From Candidatus Latescibacterota bacterium (GTDB lineage: Bacteria; Latescibacterota; UBA2968): a stretch of 64,000 bases of DNA. The notes under the pieces are model-generated. The model had not been told where the DNA came from and ran no database searches. It saw only the letters and a list, made by a program, of their open reading frames with translations. Both the position numbers and the translations under genes were made by a program. The DNA lies in the NCBI GenBank assembly GCA_022823725.1, contig JAJEHL010000039.1, positions 7,632 to 71,631 of the forward strand, in the 5' to 3' direction. Below are positions 27,166 through 37,122 of the stretch, one piece after another (positions within the stretch are counted from its first letter, which is position 1; every line of letters begins with the position of its first letter).

Positions 27166-28371
27166 ATGGCTGTAGATGCGAGTGATTTGCCCGATGCGCG
27201 CGGGCATTTTGGACCTTATGGTGGGCAGTATGTGCCCGAGACACTTATGGCGCTGTTGGAAGACCTGGAGGCGGCTTATCGGGAGGCAAAGCGCGATCCC
27301 GAGTTTTGGGCTGAACTGGATCGGTATTTGCGCGATTATGTCGGGCGGCCCACGCCGCTTTATTTTGCCGAGCGGTTGACAGAAGAACTCGGCGGCCCTA
27401 AAATTTATCTCAAGCGCGAAGACCTCGCCCATACGGGAGCGCATAAAATCAATCATGCCATGGGGCAGATTTTGCTCGCCAACCGAATGGGCAAGACGCG
27501 GATTATTGCCGAGACCGGCGCTGGGCAACACGGCGTGGCAACGGCAACTGTGGCGGCGATGTTCGGTCTCAAATGCGAAATTTACATGGGTGTTGAAGAT
27601 ATGGAACGGCAAGCGCTCAATGTGTTTCGCATGCGGCTCCTGGGTGCAAAAGTTACGGGTGTCCATTCGGGTAGCAAAACGCTGAAAGATGCGATTAATG
27701 AGGCTATCCGAGACTGGGTGACCAATGTAGAGGATACGTTTTATATTTTCGGTTCGGTTTTGGGACCGCATCCATATCCGATGATTGTGCGCGATTTCCA
27801 GCGGGTTATTGGCGTTGAAGCTCGTGCTCAAATTTTGGAGAGAGAAGGCCGATTGCCCGATGTGCTCGTCGCCTGTGTGGGCGGGGGAAGCAATTCTATC
27901 GGGTTGTTTCACGCTTTTTTGGATGATGCCAATGTGCAAATGATCGGCGTGGAGGCCGGGGGGCACGGTATTGCGTCTGGCGAGCACGCTGCGCGATTTA
28001 ATGGTGGCGATTTGGGGGTTTTGCACGGTGCGCGCATTTATGTGTTGCAAGATGATGACGGGCAAATCGCATTGACGCATTCGGTATCGGCTGGTCTCGA
28101 TTATTCGGGTGTGGGGCCAGAGCATTGCTATTTGCGAGATATGGCGCGTACGGCTTATACGTATGCGACGGATGAGGAAGCTCTCAGTGCTTTTGAGTTG
28201 CTCAGTCATACCGAAGGGATTATTCCCGCTTTGGAGAGTGCACACGCGATTGCCCATGTTTGCAAGTTGGCCCCCGAGATGAGTCGAGAGCAGATTGTGG
28301 TGGTCAATTTATCGGGACGCGGGGACAAAGATGTGCAGCAGGCGGCGCGGTTTATAGAAGGAGTGAGATGA
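27166..28371 (+). CDS. trpB: tryptophan synthase beta chain
   Basis: ...[16 protein letters not shown]..., ...[24 protein letters not shown]..., ...[10 protein letters not shown]... The start is set at ATG 27166 with RBS AAGGGG; the track ORF extends upstream into the preceding gene. Confidence 0.9.
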   Translation: MAVDASDLPDARGHFGPYGGQYVPETLMALLEDLEAAYREAKRDPEFWAELDRYLRDYVGRPTPLYFAERLTEELGGPKIYLKREDLAHTGAHKINHAMGQILLANRMGKTRIIAETGAGQHGVATATVAAMFGLKCEIYMGVEDMERQALNVFRMRLLGAKVTGVHSGSKTLKDAINEAIRDWVTNVEDTFYIFGSVLGPHPYPMIVRDFQRVIGVEARAQILEREGRLPDVLVACVGGGSNSIGLFHAFLDDANVQMIGVEAGGHGIASGEHAARFNGGDLGVLHGARIYVLQDDDGQIALTHSVSAGLDYSGVGPEHCYLRDMARTAYTYATDEEALSAFELLSHTEGIIPALESAHAIAHVCKLAPEMSREQIVVVNLSGRGDKDVQQAARFIEGVR

Positions 28372-29171
28372 CGCGGATTAGACAGCGGTTTGAAGACTTG
28401 AGAAAAGCGGGCAGGACCGGGTTCGTCGCGTATATTACGGCGGGTGATCCGGATTTAAATACCACCCATCAGGTGGTGTTGGAATTGGATCGGCAGGGTG
28501 TGGATGTCCTGGAATTGGGTGTTCCCTTTTCAGATCCTCTGGCGGATGGGCCTGTGATTCAGGAGGCGTCACAACGCGCTTTGGCCGCTGGTGCAACGCT
28601 CGAGGGCGTGTTGTCTATGGTTGCAGATGTGCGCGCTGAGACCGAAATCCCCATTGTGCTGTTTACGTATTACAATCCGATTCATCGCTACGGTGTGGAG
28701 CGCTTTGTAAAACGCGCTGCAGATGTGGGCGTAGATGGTGTTCTGATGCTGGATCTGCCTCCGGAAGAGGGCGGTGATTACATAGCGCGGATGAATGAGT
28801 ACGGGCTGGATACAATTTTTCTCATGACACCTACCACGCGCGATGATCGGATGAAGCTGATTGCATCGCATACCAGGGGTTTTGTCTATTATGTGTCGCG
28901 CACCGGGGTGACGGGCGAGCGCGATTCTCTGGCTGATGAAATTCAAAGTAAGGTGTCTGCGATATGCCAGTACACAGATATGCCGATTGCCGTTGGATTT
29001 GGGATTTCAACGCCCGAGCATGTATCGGAAATTGCGCGGTATGCCGATGCGGTTGTGGTTGGTAGCGCGATTGTGCGTCGTGTGGGTGAGTACCAAAACG
29101 ATGTGGATCTGGTTTCAAAGGTCGGTGCTTTTGTCGGGTCTTTGATTGACCCTTTGAGAGAAGGTGTGTAG
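28368..29171 (+). CDS. trpA: tryptophan synthase alpha chain
   Basis: [33 protein letters not shown]...[18 protein letters not shown]... with an ATGA start/stop overlap with trpB. Confidence 0.88.
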   Translation: MTRIRQRFEDLRKAGRTGFVAYITAGDPDLNTTHQVVLELDRQGVDVLELGVPFSDPLADGPVIQEASQRALAAGATLEGVLSMVADVRAETEIPIVLFTYYNPIHRYGVERFVKRAADVGVDGVLMLDLPPEEGGDYIARMNEYGLDTIFLMTPTTRDDRMKLIASHTRGFVYYVSRTGVTGERDSLADEIQSKVSAICQYTDMPIAVGFGISTPEHVSEIARYADAVVVGSAIVRRVGEYQNDVDLVSKVGAFVGSLIDPLREGV

Positions 29172-29174
29172 GTT

Positions 29175-29459
29175 ATGGAGAAGGATCTGGATTTCTGGCG
29201 CGAGAAAATTGATGTCTTAGATGATCAAATTCTCGAGTTGCTCAATGAGCGTGCTCGATGTGCGCTGTCTGTGGGAAAAATTAAGTGTGCCGAGGGTTTG
29301 CCCTATCATGTCCCTGAACGAGAAACCCTGATTCTCAACCGCATTCGCGAATTGAATGGCGGTCCTTTGAGTCACGAAGCAGCACAACGCATTTTTAGAC
29401 AGATTATCGATGAGTCACTGCGGTTGGAAGAAGATCACGCAGAGTTTAAAAAAAGGTAA
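29175..29459 (+). CDS. chorismate mutase (AroQ class, monofunctional)
   Basis: 94 aa; ...REKIDVLDDQILELLNERARCALSVGKIK... is the AroQ helical CM signature. Confidence 0.8.
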   Translation: MEKDLDFWREKIDVLDDQILELLNERARCALSVGKIKCAEGLPYHVPERETLILNRIRELNGGPLSHEAAQRIFRQIIDESLRLEEDHAEFKKR

Positions 29460-29464
29460 TTATT

Positions 29465-30490
29465 ATGAGTTTCAAACGGATTCAGCCCATTCCCAGTGCA
29501 GAAGAAATTCAAGATGTTTTGCCTCTGCCCGATGATTTGAAGGCTAAGAAGGATGAACGCGATGCCGAGATTCGGGCTGTTTTTGAGCGTAAGAGCGATA
29601 AGTTTTTGTTGATTATTGGTCCTTGCTCGGCTCACAATGTCGATGCGGTGTGCGAATATGTGAATCGCCTATCGCGACTTCAAGAGCAGGTGAAAGACAA
29701 GTTGGTGCTCGTGCCGCGGATTTATACCAATAAGCCGCGCACGACTGGCGAAGGGTATAAGGGCATGGCCCATCAACCCGATCCCGAGGGTATGCCCGAT
29801 ATGGTTGTTGGGATTAAGACTATTCGGCAGATGCAGATTCGCGCTTTTCGCGAGTCGCATTTGACGGCTGCCGATGAGATGCTCTATCCTTCGAATTTGC
29901 CTTATGTGGAGGATTTGCTGAGTTATATTGCCGTGGGGGCGCGGTCTGTTGAGAATCAGAATCATCGCCTGACCATTAGCGGTGTCGATGTGCCTGCGGG
30001 CATGAAAAATCCAACGGGTGGCGATCTGGATGTGATGTTCAATGCCATTTATGCAGCGCAAATTCCGCATGTATTTTTTCACAACGGTTGGGAAGTCAGC
30101 ACGTCGGGCAATCCGCTGACGCATGCGGTGTTGCGCGGAATGTCGTATAATGGGCGGAGCATCCCCAATTATCACTACGAAGATTTGATGCATGTTGCCG
30201 AGCAATACCTGACGCGCAAGTTGAGCAATCCGACGATTATTGTGGATACGAATCACAACAATTCAGATAAAACGTTTTCCGAACAGCCGCGCATTGGTCT
30301 GGAGGTGATGCGCAGCCGCCGCCATTCTGCGCTTCTTCACAATGTGGTGCGCGGGTTGATGGTGGAGAGCTATCTGGTGGAAGGCGCGCAAAAACCCGAA
30401 GAGGGGATATTTGGGAAGTCGATTACCGATCCATGCCTGGGGTGGGAAGATACGGAAGTGTTTGTGAAAGACCTGGCGGGTCTGGTTTAG
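29465..30490 (+). CDS. 3-deoxy-7-phosphoheptulonate (DAHP) synthase, class I alpha
   Basis: ...FLLIIGPCSAHNVDAVCEYVNRL... and ...KNPTGGDL... are class I DAHP synthase blocks. Confidence 0.85.
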   Translation: MSFKRIQPIPSAEEIQDVLPLPDDLKAKKDERDAEIRAVFERKSDKFLLIIGPCSAHNVDAVCEYVNRLSRLQEQVKDKLVLVPRIYTNKPRTTGEGYKGMAHQPDPEGMPDMVVGIKTIRQMQIRAFRESHLTAADEMLYPSNLPYVEDLLSYIAVGARSVENQNHRLTISGVDVPAGMKNPTGGDLDVMFNAIYAAQIPHVFFHNGWEVSTSGNPLTHAVLRGMSYNGRSIPNYHYEDLMHVAEQYLTRKLSNPTIIVDTNHNNSDKTFSEQPRIGLEVMRSRRHSALLHNVVRGLMVESYLVEGAQKPEEGIFGKSITDPCLGWEDTEVFVKDLAGLV

Positions 30491-30511
30491 GGGTGTGAAA
30501 CCCCCAGATAA

Positions 30512-30604
30512 TACGAAGCGAAGTACGATCTGGATGGCGATGGCACAATTGGATTTGGTGATTTTCTCATTTTTGCCAACGACTTCGGTAAAGAAGCGTC
30601 ATAA
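30512..30604 (+). pseudogene. relic 3' end of a dockerin-bearing gene (single dockerin repeat, no start codon)
   Basis: The frame between TAA (30509-30511) and TAA (30602-30604) encodes YEAKYDLDGDGTIGFGDFLIFANDFGKEAS. This matches the second dockerin-like repeat of the proteins at 2239-3795 and 11166-12512 but lacks any upstream coding body or start. Confidence 0.55.
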
Positions 30605-30670
30605 AGCTAAAGAAGCGGGTACGATTCATGTCGTTCTTGTTTTTTATGCCAAATTGGGTATATTAGTTTT

Positions 30671-31003
30671 ATGTTGAATAAATCTATTTCTTGGATCTCG
30701 TCTTCAAGAGAAGATCTACGCAACTTTCCCAAATCGGTACGCCGCAAAGCAGGTCTTGAATTGAGAGCCTTACAACGGGGGGAAATGCCAACCGATTTTA
30801 AACCCATGTCTTCAATTGGCCCGGGCGTCATGGAGATTCGTATCAATGTGGGCAATACCTATCGGATTTTCTACGTGGCTAAATTTGAAGAAAGTATCTA
30901 TGTCTTACATGCTTTTCAGAAAAAAGCACGGCGCACATCGAAAAAAGATATTCAACTTGCCCAGCAACGGTACAGAATGATGATAAAATATAGGCAAGGA
31001 TGA
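30671..31003 (+). CDS. type II toxin, HigB/Gp49-like (RelE/ParE superfamily)
   Basis: ...GPGVMEIRINVGNTYRIFYVAKFEESIYVLHAFQKKARRTSKKDIQLAQQRY... matches the Gp49-like toxin family. It is followed 15 nt later by an HTH antitoxin. Confidence 0.7.
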   Translation: MLNKSISWISSSREDLRNFPKSVRRKAGLELRALQRGEMPTDFKPMSSIGPGVMEIRINVGNTYRIFYVAKFEESIYVLHAFQKKARRTSKKDIQLAQQRYRMMIKYRQG

Positions 31004-31018
31004 GAAGGAGGCTAAGTT

Positions 31019-31306
31019 ATGAAAGTGACTCAAAGTAGCGATAATGTATTCGAAGATATCGGTTTTGATCGAGAAGAAGCAGCGAGCTTAAAAGTTCGGG
31101 CTGATTTAATGCTTGACTTGAGAAAGTACATTGAAACGCAAGGGTGGACCCAGAGTCAAGCCGCTACATTTTTTGGCGAATCCCAGCCGCGTATTAGTAA
31201 TTTAATGCAGGGAGATATTCGTCGGTTTAGCGTGGATAAGTTGATCAATATGTTGACGGTAGCTGGGATGCAAGTCGAAGTTTACGTCAAACCACAAGCA
31301 GCCTGA
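31019..31306 (+). CDS. type II antitoxin, HigA-like XRE-family HTH protein
   Basis: ...DLRKYIETQGWTQSQAATFFGESQPRISNLMQGDIRRFSVDKLINMLTVAGMQVEVYV is an XRE-type HTH, with the Q-x-x-A...ISNL pattern. Confidence 0.7.
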   Translation: MKVTQSSDNVFEDIGFDREEAASLKVRADLMLDLRKYIETQGWTQSQAATFFGESQPRISNLMQGDIRRFSVDKLINMLTVAGMQVEVYVKPQAA

Positions 31307-31326
31307 TTGAGAGCAATGAAAGCGAT

Positions 31327-32436
31327 ATGAACGATCCTCCGTTTAGAGATGCCGCGATTGCCATTGTGGGTGTGGGGTTGATTGGTGGGTCGCTGGGGCT
31401 GGCGTTTAAGCGATTGGGTATTGGGCGCGAGATTATTGGTATTAGCCGCGCGGAGACCCTGCGAGAGGCCCGTGCGCTTGATGTGATCGATAGCGGTTAT
31501 GAATACGACGCGATGGACAGTGGCGTAAAACGGTCAGATCTGGTATTTTTGTGCTCGCCCATTGTGCGTATTCTGGAGCAGTTGCCCGCGGTCTTGCAAG
31601 CGGCCTCGCCGGGTTGTATTATCACAGATGTGGGCAGTACCAAGGGGGCAATTGTCGCATGTGCGGAGCGGGTCGCGCGTGAAGGTGTGCATTTTGTGGG
31701 CGGGCATCCCATGGCGGGGTCGGAAAAGAGCGGGGTGGGTGCTGCCGATCCCTTTTTGTTTGAAAACGCGCTTTATGTGCTCACGCCCGCAAGCGGTGTT
31801 CCCGATCAAATTGTAGATGCGCTTGCAGCGCTGGTGCAATGTATTGGTGCGCGTTCTATGCGTATGGAAGCCGAGACGCATGATCGGGTCGCGGCAACGG
31901 TGAGTCATTTGCCGCAGATGATGGCTACCACACTCGTGGGATTGGTGGGCAGGCTCAATGAGGCCGATGGCCTTCCCCTGCAAATGGCCGCGGGTGGGTT
32001 CCGCGATTTGACGCGCATTGCCTCCAGTCCGTTTGCGATGTGGCGAGATATTTGCCAGACCAATGCCGGTCCTATTCGAGAGATGATCGATGCATATCTC
32101 GACGCGCTTGTAGAGATACGAGAGAAAGTGGATCAGGAAGTGTTATCAGATGATTTTGACTATGCCAATCGCATTCGAGGGGAGATTCCCAAGGATTCTA
32201 AGGGGTTTTTGCATCTGCTCCATGAAATTCTTCTGGTGGTGGAGGACAAACCCGGTGTGATTGCAGATGTTGCATCGCGTTTATCTGCCGAAGGAATTAA
32301 TATTGAAGACATTGAAGTGCTGAAGGTGCGCGAAGGCGAAGGGGGGACGATTCGGATGGGGTTTGGGCAGCGGGAGGAAGCCGAGCGGTCTGTCGATATT
32401 TTGCGAGATGCGGGTTATCAAGTGCGGTTGCGTTAG
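31327..32436 (+). CDS. tyrA: prephenate dehydrogenase with C-terminal ACT domain
   Basis: ...IAIVGVGLIGGSLGLAFKRLG... is the NAD site, and ...HPMAGSEKSGV... The C-terminal ...VVEDKPGVIADVASRLSAEGINIEDIEVLKV... is an ACT domain. Confidence 0.85.
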   Translation: MNDPPFRDAAIAIVGVGLIGGSLGLAFKRLGIGREIIGISRAETLREARALDVIDSGYEYDAMDSGVKRSDLVFLCSPIVRILEQLPAVLQAASPGCIITDVGSTKGAIVACAERVAREGVHFVGGHPMAGSEKSGVGAADPFLFENALYVLTPASGVPDQIVDALAALVQCIGARSMRMEAETHDRVAATVSHLPQMMATTLVGLVGRLNEADGLPLQMAAGGFRDLTRIASSPFAMWRDICQTNAGPIREMIDAYLDALVEIREKVDQEVLSDDFDYANRIRGEIPKDSKGFLHLLHEILLVVEDKPGVIADVASRLSAEGINIEDIEVLKVREGEGGTIRMGFGQREEAERSVDILRDAGYQVRLR

Positions 32437-32446
32437 AGGGGTAAGT

Positions 32447-33106
32447 ATGTATGAAGTAAAAGAAGCGCGTGGGCTTATTGGGGAATGCAATGTGTCGGGA
32501 GATCCTGAGACTACGCTGTATTTGCTCGGCGCTGCGGCGATGTTACCTCAGTCGGATCTGACCCTTCACTGCGTTGGTGATGATTGGAAGACCCGACGCG
32601 TATTGGATTTGTTACGGCGATTGAATGCACAATTGGACATTCAGGTGACGCGATCAAAATCTAAGGTGATGCGTACGATTAAAGTCCAGGGGTCTGAATT
32701 GCGGCGCACGCGCATAGGGGGCGAGCAGACGGATCTATTTATGCAAGAAGTGCCTTTTCTCGCTGTGCTGGGCACACAGGCCGCGGGCGAAACGGTTATT
32801 CGGGATGCAGATGGTTTGCGACGGGGAGAGACCGACCGCCTATCACTGGTGATTCAAAATTTGCGTCAAATGGGTGCTAAGGTAGGCGAAATGCCCGATG
32901 GCCTGGTGGTGCAGGGACCTGTGCGTCTTCAGGGAATGGAGGTCGATGCCGGCGGCGATGCCCGTACGGGATTGACCTTTGCACTGGCGGGATTGGCAGC
33001 CGAGGGAGAAACCCGGGTGTCAAGTACGGGTGATATGTGCCGAGATTTTGATGAGTTATTCATGTGTTTATCGACCATTGTTCAACCAAAAGAGGTGAAA
33101 ATATGA
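32447..33106 (+). CDS. aroA: EPSP synthase (3-phosphoshikimate 1-carboxyvinyltransferase) C-terminal half only
   Basis: The 219-aa protein aligns with roughly residues 225-427 of E. coli AroA (...GDPETTLYLLGAAAM..., ...RRGETDRLSLVIQNLRQMGAKV..., ...DARTGLTFALAGLA...DFDELF). There is no N-terminal half: tyrA stops 10 nt upstream and RBS AGAGGG precedes the ATG. Confidence 0.6.
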   Translation: MYEVKEARGLIGECNVSGDPETTLYLLGAAAMLPQSDLTLHCVGDDWKTRRVLDLLRRLNAQLDIQVTRSKSKVMRTIKVQGSELRRTRIGGEQTDLFMQEVPFLAVLGTQAAGETVIRDADGLRRGETDRLSLVIQNLRQMGAKVGEMPDGLVVQGPVRLQGMEVDAGGDARTGLTFALAGLAAEGETRVSSTGDMCRDFDELFMCLSTIVQPKEVKI

Positions 33107-33258
33107 AGATACTTTTTAAGCTCGCGCTCTTTGCGATTTTGACGATTCTGGGCGGTGTGGCATTTATACGCTATACATACAACTGCTCGTGGAAGGAAAG
33201 TTTTGATATTGCCGATGAGTTTGTAAATGATTTGCTGGATGGCAATCGGCGGTCTTGA
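33103..33258 (+). CDS. small single-TM hypothetical protein (51 aa)
   Basis: MKILFKLALFAILTILGGVAFIRY... has one hydrophobic helix. It is translationally coupled (ATGA/TGATG overlaps) between aroA-fragment and aroE. Confidence 0.35.
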   Translation: MKILFKLALFAILTILGGVAFIRYTYNCSWKESFDIADEFVNDLLDGNRRS

Positions 33259-34136
33259 TGAGTATTCGCGCGACAAGTCAGGTGCTGGGCGTTATTGGTG
33301 ACCCGGTGGCTCATTCGTTTTCTCCCGATATGCACAATGCGGCAATTGCCGCATTAGATGTGGATTATTGTTATGTGGCTTTTCATGTGTTGCCCGACCG
33401 CGTGGGCGAGGCACTGAAAGGGTTGCGCGGGTTGAATATTCGCGGATTAAATGTGACTATTCCGCACAAGCTGGCGGTGATGGAACACCTGGACCGCATT
33501 TCAGAAGAAGCGCTGGCTGTGGGTGCGGTTAATACTATTTCGCGCGAAGAAGATGAGTTGGTCGGATACAATACGGATGTCTATGGCGTCTTGAGGGCAT
33601 TGCGCGATATTGCGGAGATTGAGACATTTCCCGCGCATTGCGTGGTGCTCGGTGCCGGTGGAGCTGCCCGCGCTGTGACGTACGCGCTGGGGACACAAGA
33701 CGGTGTGCAGCGGGTGACGATTTTAAATCGCACGGTCAAGCGCGCTGAGGCGCTGGCAGTGGATATGGAAAAAATAACAGGTACAAAAATGGATGTGGGC
33801 GCGCTGGATGCCGATGTGCAATGCAGGGCGTTTACCGATGCGGGCGTGGTTGTGAATACCACTTCGCTGGGGATGTATCCCGAGGTCAATTCCTCGCCCC
33901 TTGCCGATGTGAGTGCTGTCCATTCAGATTTGGTGCTCTACGATACGGTGTTCAATCCGCTGGAAACACAGTTGATGCGCGCGTTTCAGTCGGTTGGCGC
34001 ACTGGCCTTTGGCGGGCTGGATATGCTGGTTTTTCAAGGGGCGCGTTCTTTTGCGATCTGGACGGGTGTTGAGCCACCGACTGATGTGATGAAAAATGTT
34101 GTTGTCAAACGGGTCGGCACAAAAAATGAGAAGTGA
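33258..34136 (+). CDS. aroE: shikimate dehydrogenase
   Basis: ...VLGVIGDPVAHSFSPDMHNAA..., ...NVTIPHKLAVMEHLD..., ...VLGAGGAARAV... are AroE blocks. Confidence 0.88.
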   Translation: MSIRATSQVLGVIGDPVAHSFSPDMHNAAIAALDVDYCYVAFHVLPDRVGEALKGLRGLNIRGLNVTIPHKLAVMEHLDRISEEALAVGAVNTISREEDELVGYNTDVYGVLRALRDIAEIETFPAHCVVLGAGGAARAVTYALGTQDGVQRVTILNRTVKRAEALAVDMEKITGTKMDVGALDADVQCRAFTDAGVVVNTTSLGMYPEVNSSPLADVSAVHSDLVLYDTVFNPLETQLMRAFQSVGALAFGGLDMLVFQGARSFAIWTGVEPPTDVMKNVVVKRVGTKNEK

Positions 34137-34884
34137 GCACAGGCATAACCCACGACCGACAGATATCGCGCACGATGTGTTGCTCAAACCAGAAGCCAAG
34201 CGCGCTTTTGTGCGACAGATGTTTGACGGGATTGCCCGCAGATACGATTTGCTCAATCACCTGTTGAGCATGGGCGTTGATATTGTTTGGCGAAAAAAGA
34301 CTATTGACCGATTGCGACCCGGGCCGAACTGGCGCGTCTTAGATCTGGCTACGGGCACGGGCGATTTGGGGTTTGAATGCGGCAAGCGCGCTGGCGATAT
34401 TCAGGTGATTGGTGTCGATCCTTCGGTGCCGATGTTGCGCGAGGGCGCAAAAAAAAATGAGTCGCGAGCAAATCCGGTCGCGTTTTTGTGTGGTGATGGG
34501 GAGTGTCTCCCTTTTGGAGAAGGGACATTTGACGGCGTGACAATCGGATTTGGCATTCGCAATGTGGCCGGGTTGGAAACGGCCCTGAGCGAGATGTGCC
34601 GCGTGCTCAAGGTGGGTGGGCGCGTGGCTGTGCTGGAGTTTTCAAGGCCGCGAGCTCCTGTGTTCCGCGGCCTTTACAATTTTTATTTTCAGCGTATTTT
34701 GCCTCGTATTGGACATATGGTCTCCCGCGATCCGAATGCCTATCGATATTTGTATGAATCTGTGATGCTTTTTCCCGAAGGTGATGCTTTTTGCCAGCGA
34801 TTGTCCGATGCGGGGTTTGTCGATATACAGACAGTTCGGTTGAGCTTTGGGATTGCAACCATTTATCTGGCTTCGAAATCGTAA
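34126..34884 (+). CDS. ubiE: demethylmenaquinone/ubiquinone biosynthesis C-methyltransferase
   Basis: ...VRQMFDGIARRYDLLNHLLSMGVDIVWRKK...VLDLATGTGDL... is the UbiE/MenG signature. The start at 34126 overlaps aroE by 11 nt; the alternative start is 34096. Confidence 0.8.
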   Translation: MRSEHRHNPRPTDIAHDVLLKPEAKRAFVRQMFDGIARRYDLLNHLLSMGVDIVWRKKTIDRLRPGPNWRVLDLATGTGDLGFECGKRAGDIQVIGVDPSVPMLREGAKKNESRANPVAFLCGDGECLPFGEGTFDGVTIGFGIRNVAGLETALSEMCRVLKVGGRVAVLEFSRPRAPVFRGLYNFYFQRILPRIGHMVSRDPNAYRYLYESVMLFPEGDAFCQRLSDAGFVDIQTVRLSFGIATIYLASKS

Positions 34885-34885
34885 T

Positions 34886-35350
34886 ATGTCTTTGACGCTC
34901 ATACAAATCGTGTTGATTCTCGCTCCCATTTTATTGGGCGCGTCTATTGTGGCCTATTGGCGATTGCGGCGTCATGTGTCCAATGCACAAGAGCCTGTGG
35001 TGGTTTTTTTGCAGAAGCGATGGGATGTGTTTTTGATAGTGATGGGGGGTATTGTGCTGTTTCGGGGAGCTGCGATCTCAGATGGCGTGGGATTTGTGCC
35101 GCAATTATTCGGTTTTTTGCTTTCTCTCGAATTTTTTTATATCGCGTATGCTACTATTCGCGTAACTATGAGTGAGCGCGGATTGCTGATGGGTATGCGC
35201 TATATGCCCTGGCAGCGTTTTTCGAGATATGTGTGGCGTACAGAGCGCGATTTGGAACTCATTTCTCAACGAAAAAACTATCGATTTCGCGTACCCGCGC
35301 AGATGAAGGTCGATGTACAGAAAATTTTGGATTTGGATATTTTGAAATAA
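34886..35350 (+). CDS. hypothetical membrane protein (2-3 TM) of unknown function
   Basis: MSLTLIQIVLILAPILLGASIVAYW... and ...VFLIVMGGIVLF... are hydrophobic helices. The function is not recognised. Confidence 0.4.
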   Translation: MSLTLIQIVLILAPILLGASIVAYWRLRRHVSNAQEPVVVFLQKRWDVFLIVMGGIVLFRGAAISDGVGFVPQLFGFLLSLEFFYIAYATIRVTMSERGLLMGMRYMPWQRFSRYVWRTERDLELISQRKNYRFRVPAQMKVDVQKILDLDILK

Positions 35351-35372
35351 GGGAGGGCTGGGAAAGAAGTCC

Positions 35373-37100
35373 TTGAGATATTGGAGGTATTTTGTGGTAA
35401 ATCCCTTTGTCGATGAAATTGTATTGCAGGTGTCAAAAGCAACTGAGATGTCTTGTGGCGATGTGAGGGCGCTGATCGAAACGCCGCCAAAACCCGAGAT
35501 GGGCGATTATGCATTGCCGTGTTTTACACTGGCTAAAATTTTTCGCAGAGCACCCCATCTTATTGCCGAAGATCTATGTGCACAAATTGCGACGGGTGAT
35601 CGAATTTCAGAGGTGCGTCCCGCGGGTCCGTATCTAAATTTTTTTGTGCCAAAGACCAATCTGGTGGAGGAGACACTCTCGGCGGTCCTCGAACAGGGCG
35701 CGGATTACGGGCGCGGAGATCACGGTGCTGGAAAGACGATTGTGATCGATTTTTCGCATCCCAATATTGCCAAACCATTTGGCATTCACCATCTGCGGTC
35801 AACGGTGATTGGCAATGCCCTGCGAAATATTTATCGGGCGTTGGGCTACGAAGTGATTGGAGTGAATCATCTGGGCGATTGGGGATCCCAGTTTGCGAAA
35901 TTGATTCTGGCGTGGAATTACTGGGGTGAGGGCGAATTGACAGCGGATATTACCATTCAGAAGTTGCTGGAACTCTATGTTCGCATTAACGAAGAAATTG
36001 AAGACAATCCCGAACTCGAACAAGAAGCCCGCGATTGGTTTCGCCGCCTCGAAGACGGCGATGAAGAAGCCGTGCGGATGTGGCAGGTATGCGTGGATGT
36101 GAGTTTTAAGGAGTTTGACCGCGTTTACGATATGCTGGGCATTGGGTTTGAGTCGATTGCTGGCGAGAGTTTTTATCAGGATAAGATGCCGGCGACATTG
36201 GATCGATTGCGGTCAAAGGGGTTGCTGACCGAGAGTGACGGCGCAACCATTGTGGATTTAGAAAAATGGGATATGCCGCCTTTGATCGCATTGCGCAGCG
36301 ACGATGCGACATTGTACGGTACACGCGATTTGGCCGCGCTGGAGTACCGGTGGGCAACATATCGCTTTGAAAAGTTGCTCTATGTGGTGGATGTGGCGCA
36401 ATCGCTGTATTTTCGCCAGTTGTTTCAGGTGTTGGAATTGATGGAATACGACTGGCGAGAAAAATGCGCGCATGTGCAATTTGGGCGGTTGCGTTTCAAA
36501 GATGGCAGTGGGGCCTCAACGCGCAGGGGCAATGTGGTTTTTTTAGAAGATGTGCTGAATCGAGCGATTGAGTTGACGCAAAAAATTATTGCCGATAAGA
36601 ATCCCGATTTGCCCAATAGTGATCAGATTGCACGAGATGTGGGTATTGGTGCGATTATTTTTGCGGATCTGGATTCCAAACGGACGCGCGATATTGTGTT
36701 TGATTGGGACGAGGTTCTAAATTTTAACGGCGAAACCGGTCCCTATCTGCAATATACTCACGCGCGATATTGCAGTGTGTTGCGACGTTATGACGGCACT
36801 TTGCCGCCGCGAGATATCGACTTCGCGTTGTTAAATGAGCCAGAAGCTATTGAGGTCGTCAAATGTCTTGCGCGTTTCCCCGGGCAGATTCAAAAGGCTG
36901 CGGACGAATACGAACCCTCTGCTGTGACAACGCTTATGATTGAATTGTGTACGGTCGCCAATCGATTTTACAATGCCCATCAGGTTATTTCTGAACAAGC
37001 GGATTTGACGGCTGCCCGCGTTGCACTGGTTTATGCGATTAAGACGGTGCTGGCGTCGGGCCTGACTTTGCTGGGGATGAAAGCGCCAGAACAGATGTGA
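35373..37100 (+). CDS. argS: arginyl-tRNA synthetase
   Basis: ...IVIDFSHPNIAKPFGIHHLRSTVIGNAL... is the HIGH-type region, followed by the C-terminal DALR anticodon-binding region. 575 aa. Confidence 0.88.
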   Translation: MRYWRYFVVNPFVDEIVLQVSKATEMSCGDVRALIETPPKPEMGDYALPCFTLAKIFRRAPHLIAEDLCAQIATGDRISEVRPAGPYLNFFVPKTNLVEETLSAVLEQGADYGRGDHGAGKTIVIDFSHPNIAKPFGIHHLRSTVIGNALRNIYRALGYEVIGVNHLGDWGSQFAKLILAWNYWGEGELTADITIQKLLELYVRINEEIEDNPELEQEARDWFRRLEDGDEEAVRMWQVCVDVSFKEFDRVYDMLGIGFESIAGESFYQDKMPATLDRLRSKGLLTESDGATIVDLEKWDMPPLIALRSDDATLYGTRDLAALEYRWATYRFEKLLYVVDVAQSLYFRQLFQVLELMEYDWREKCAHVQFGRLRFKDGSGASTRRGNVVFLEDVLNRAIELTQKIIADKNPDLPNSDQIARDVGIGAIIFADLDSKRTRDIVFDWDEVLNFNGETGPYLQYTHARYCSVLRRYDGTLPPRDIDFALLNEPEAIEVVKCLARFPGQIQKAADEYEPSAVTTLMIELCTVANRFYNAHQVISEQADLTAARVALVYAIKTVLASGLTLLGMKAPEQM

Positions 37101-37122
37101 TACCGTATCGTGGAAGAGCACT

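Noticed and set aside
27079-28257. 392-aa minus-strand ORF
   Set aside because: It is antisense to trpB, which has unmistakable conserved motifs. This is an artefact of the GC-rich sequence.
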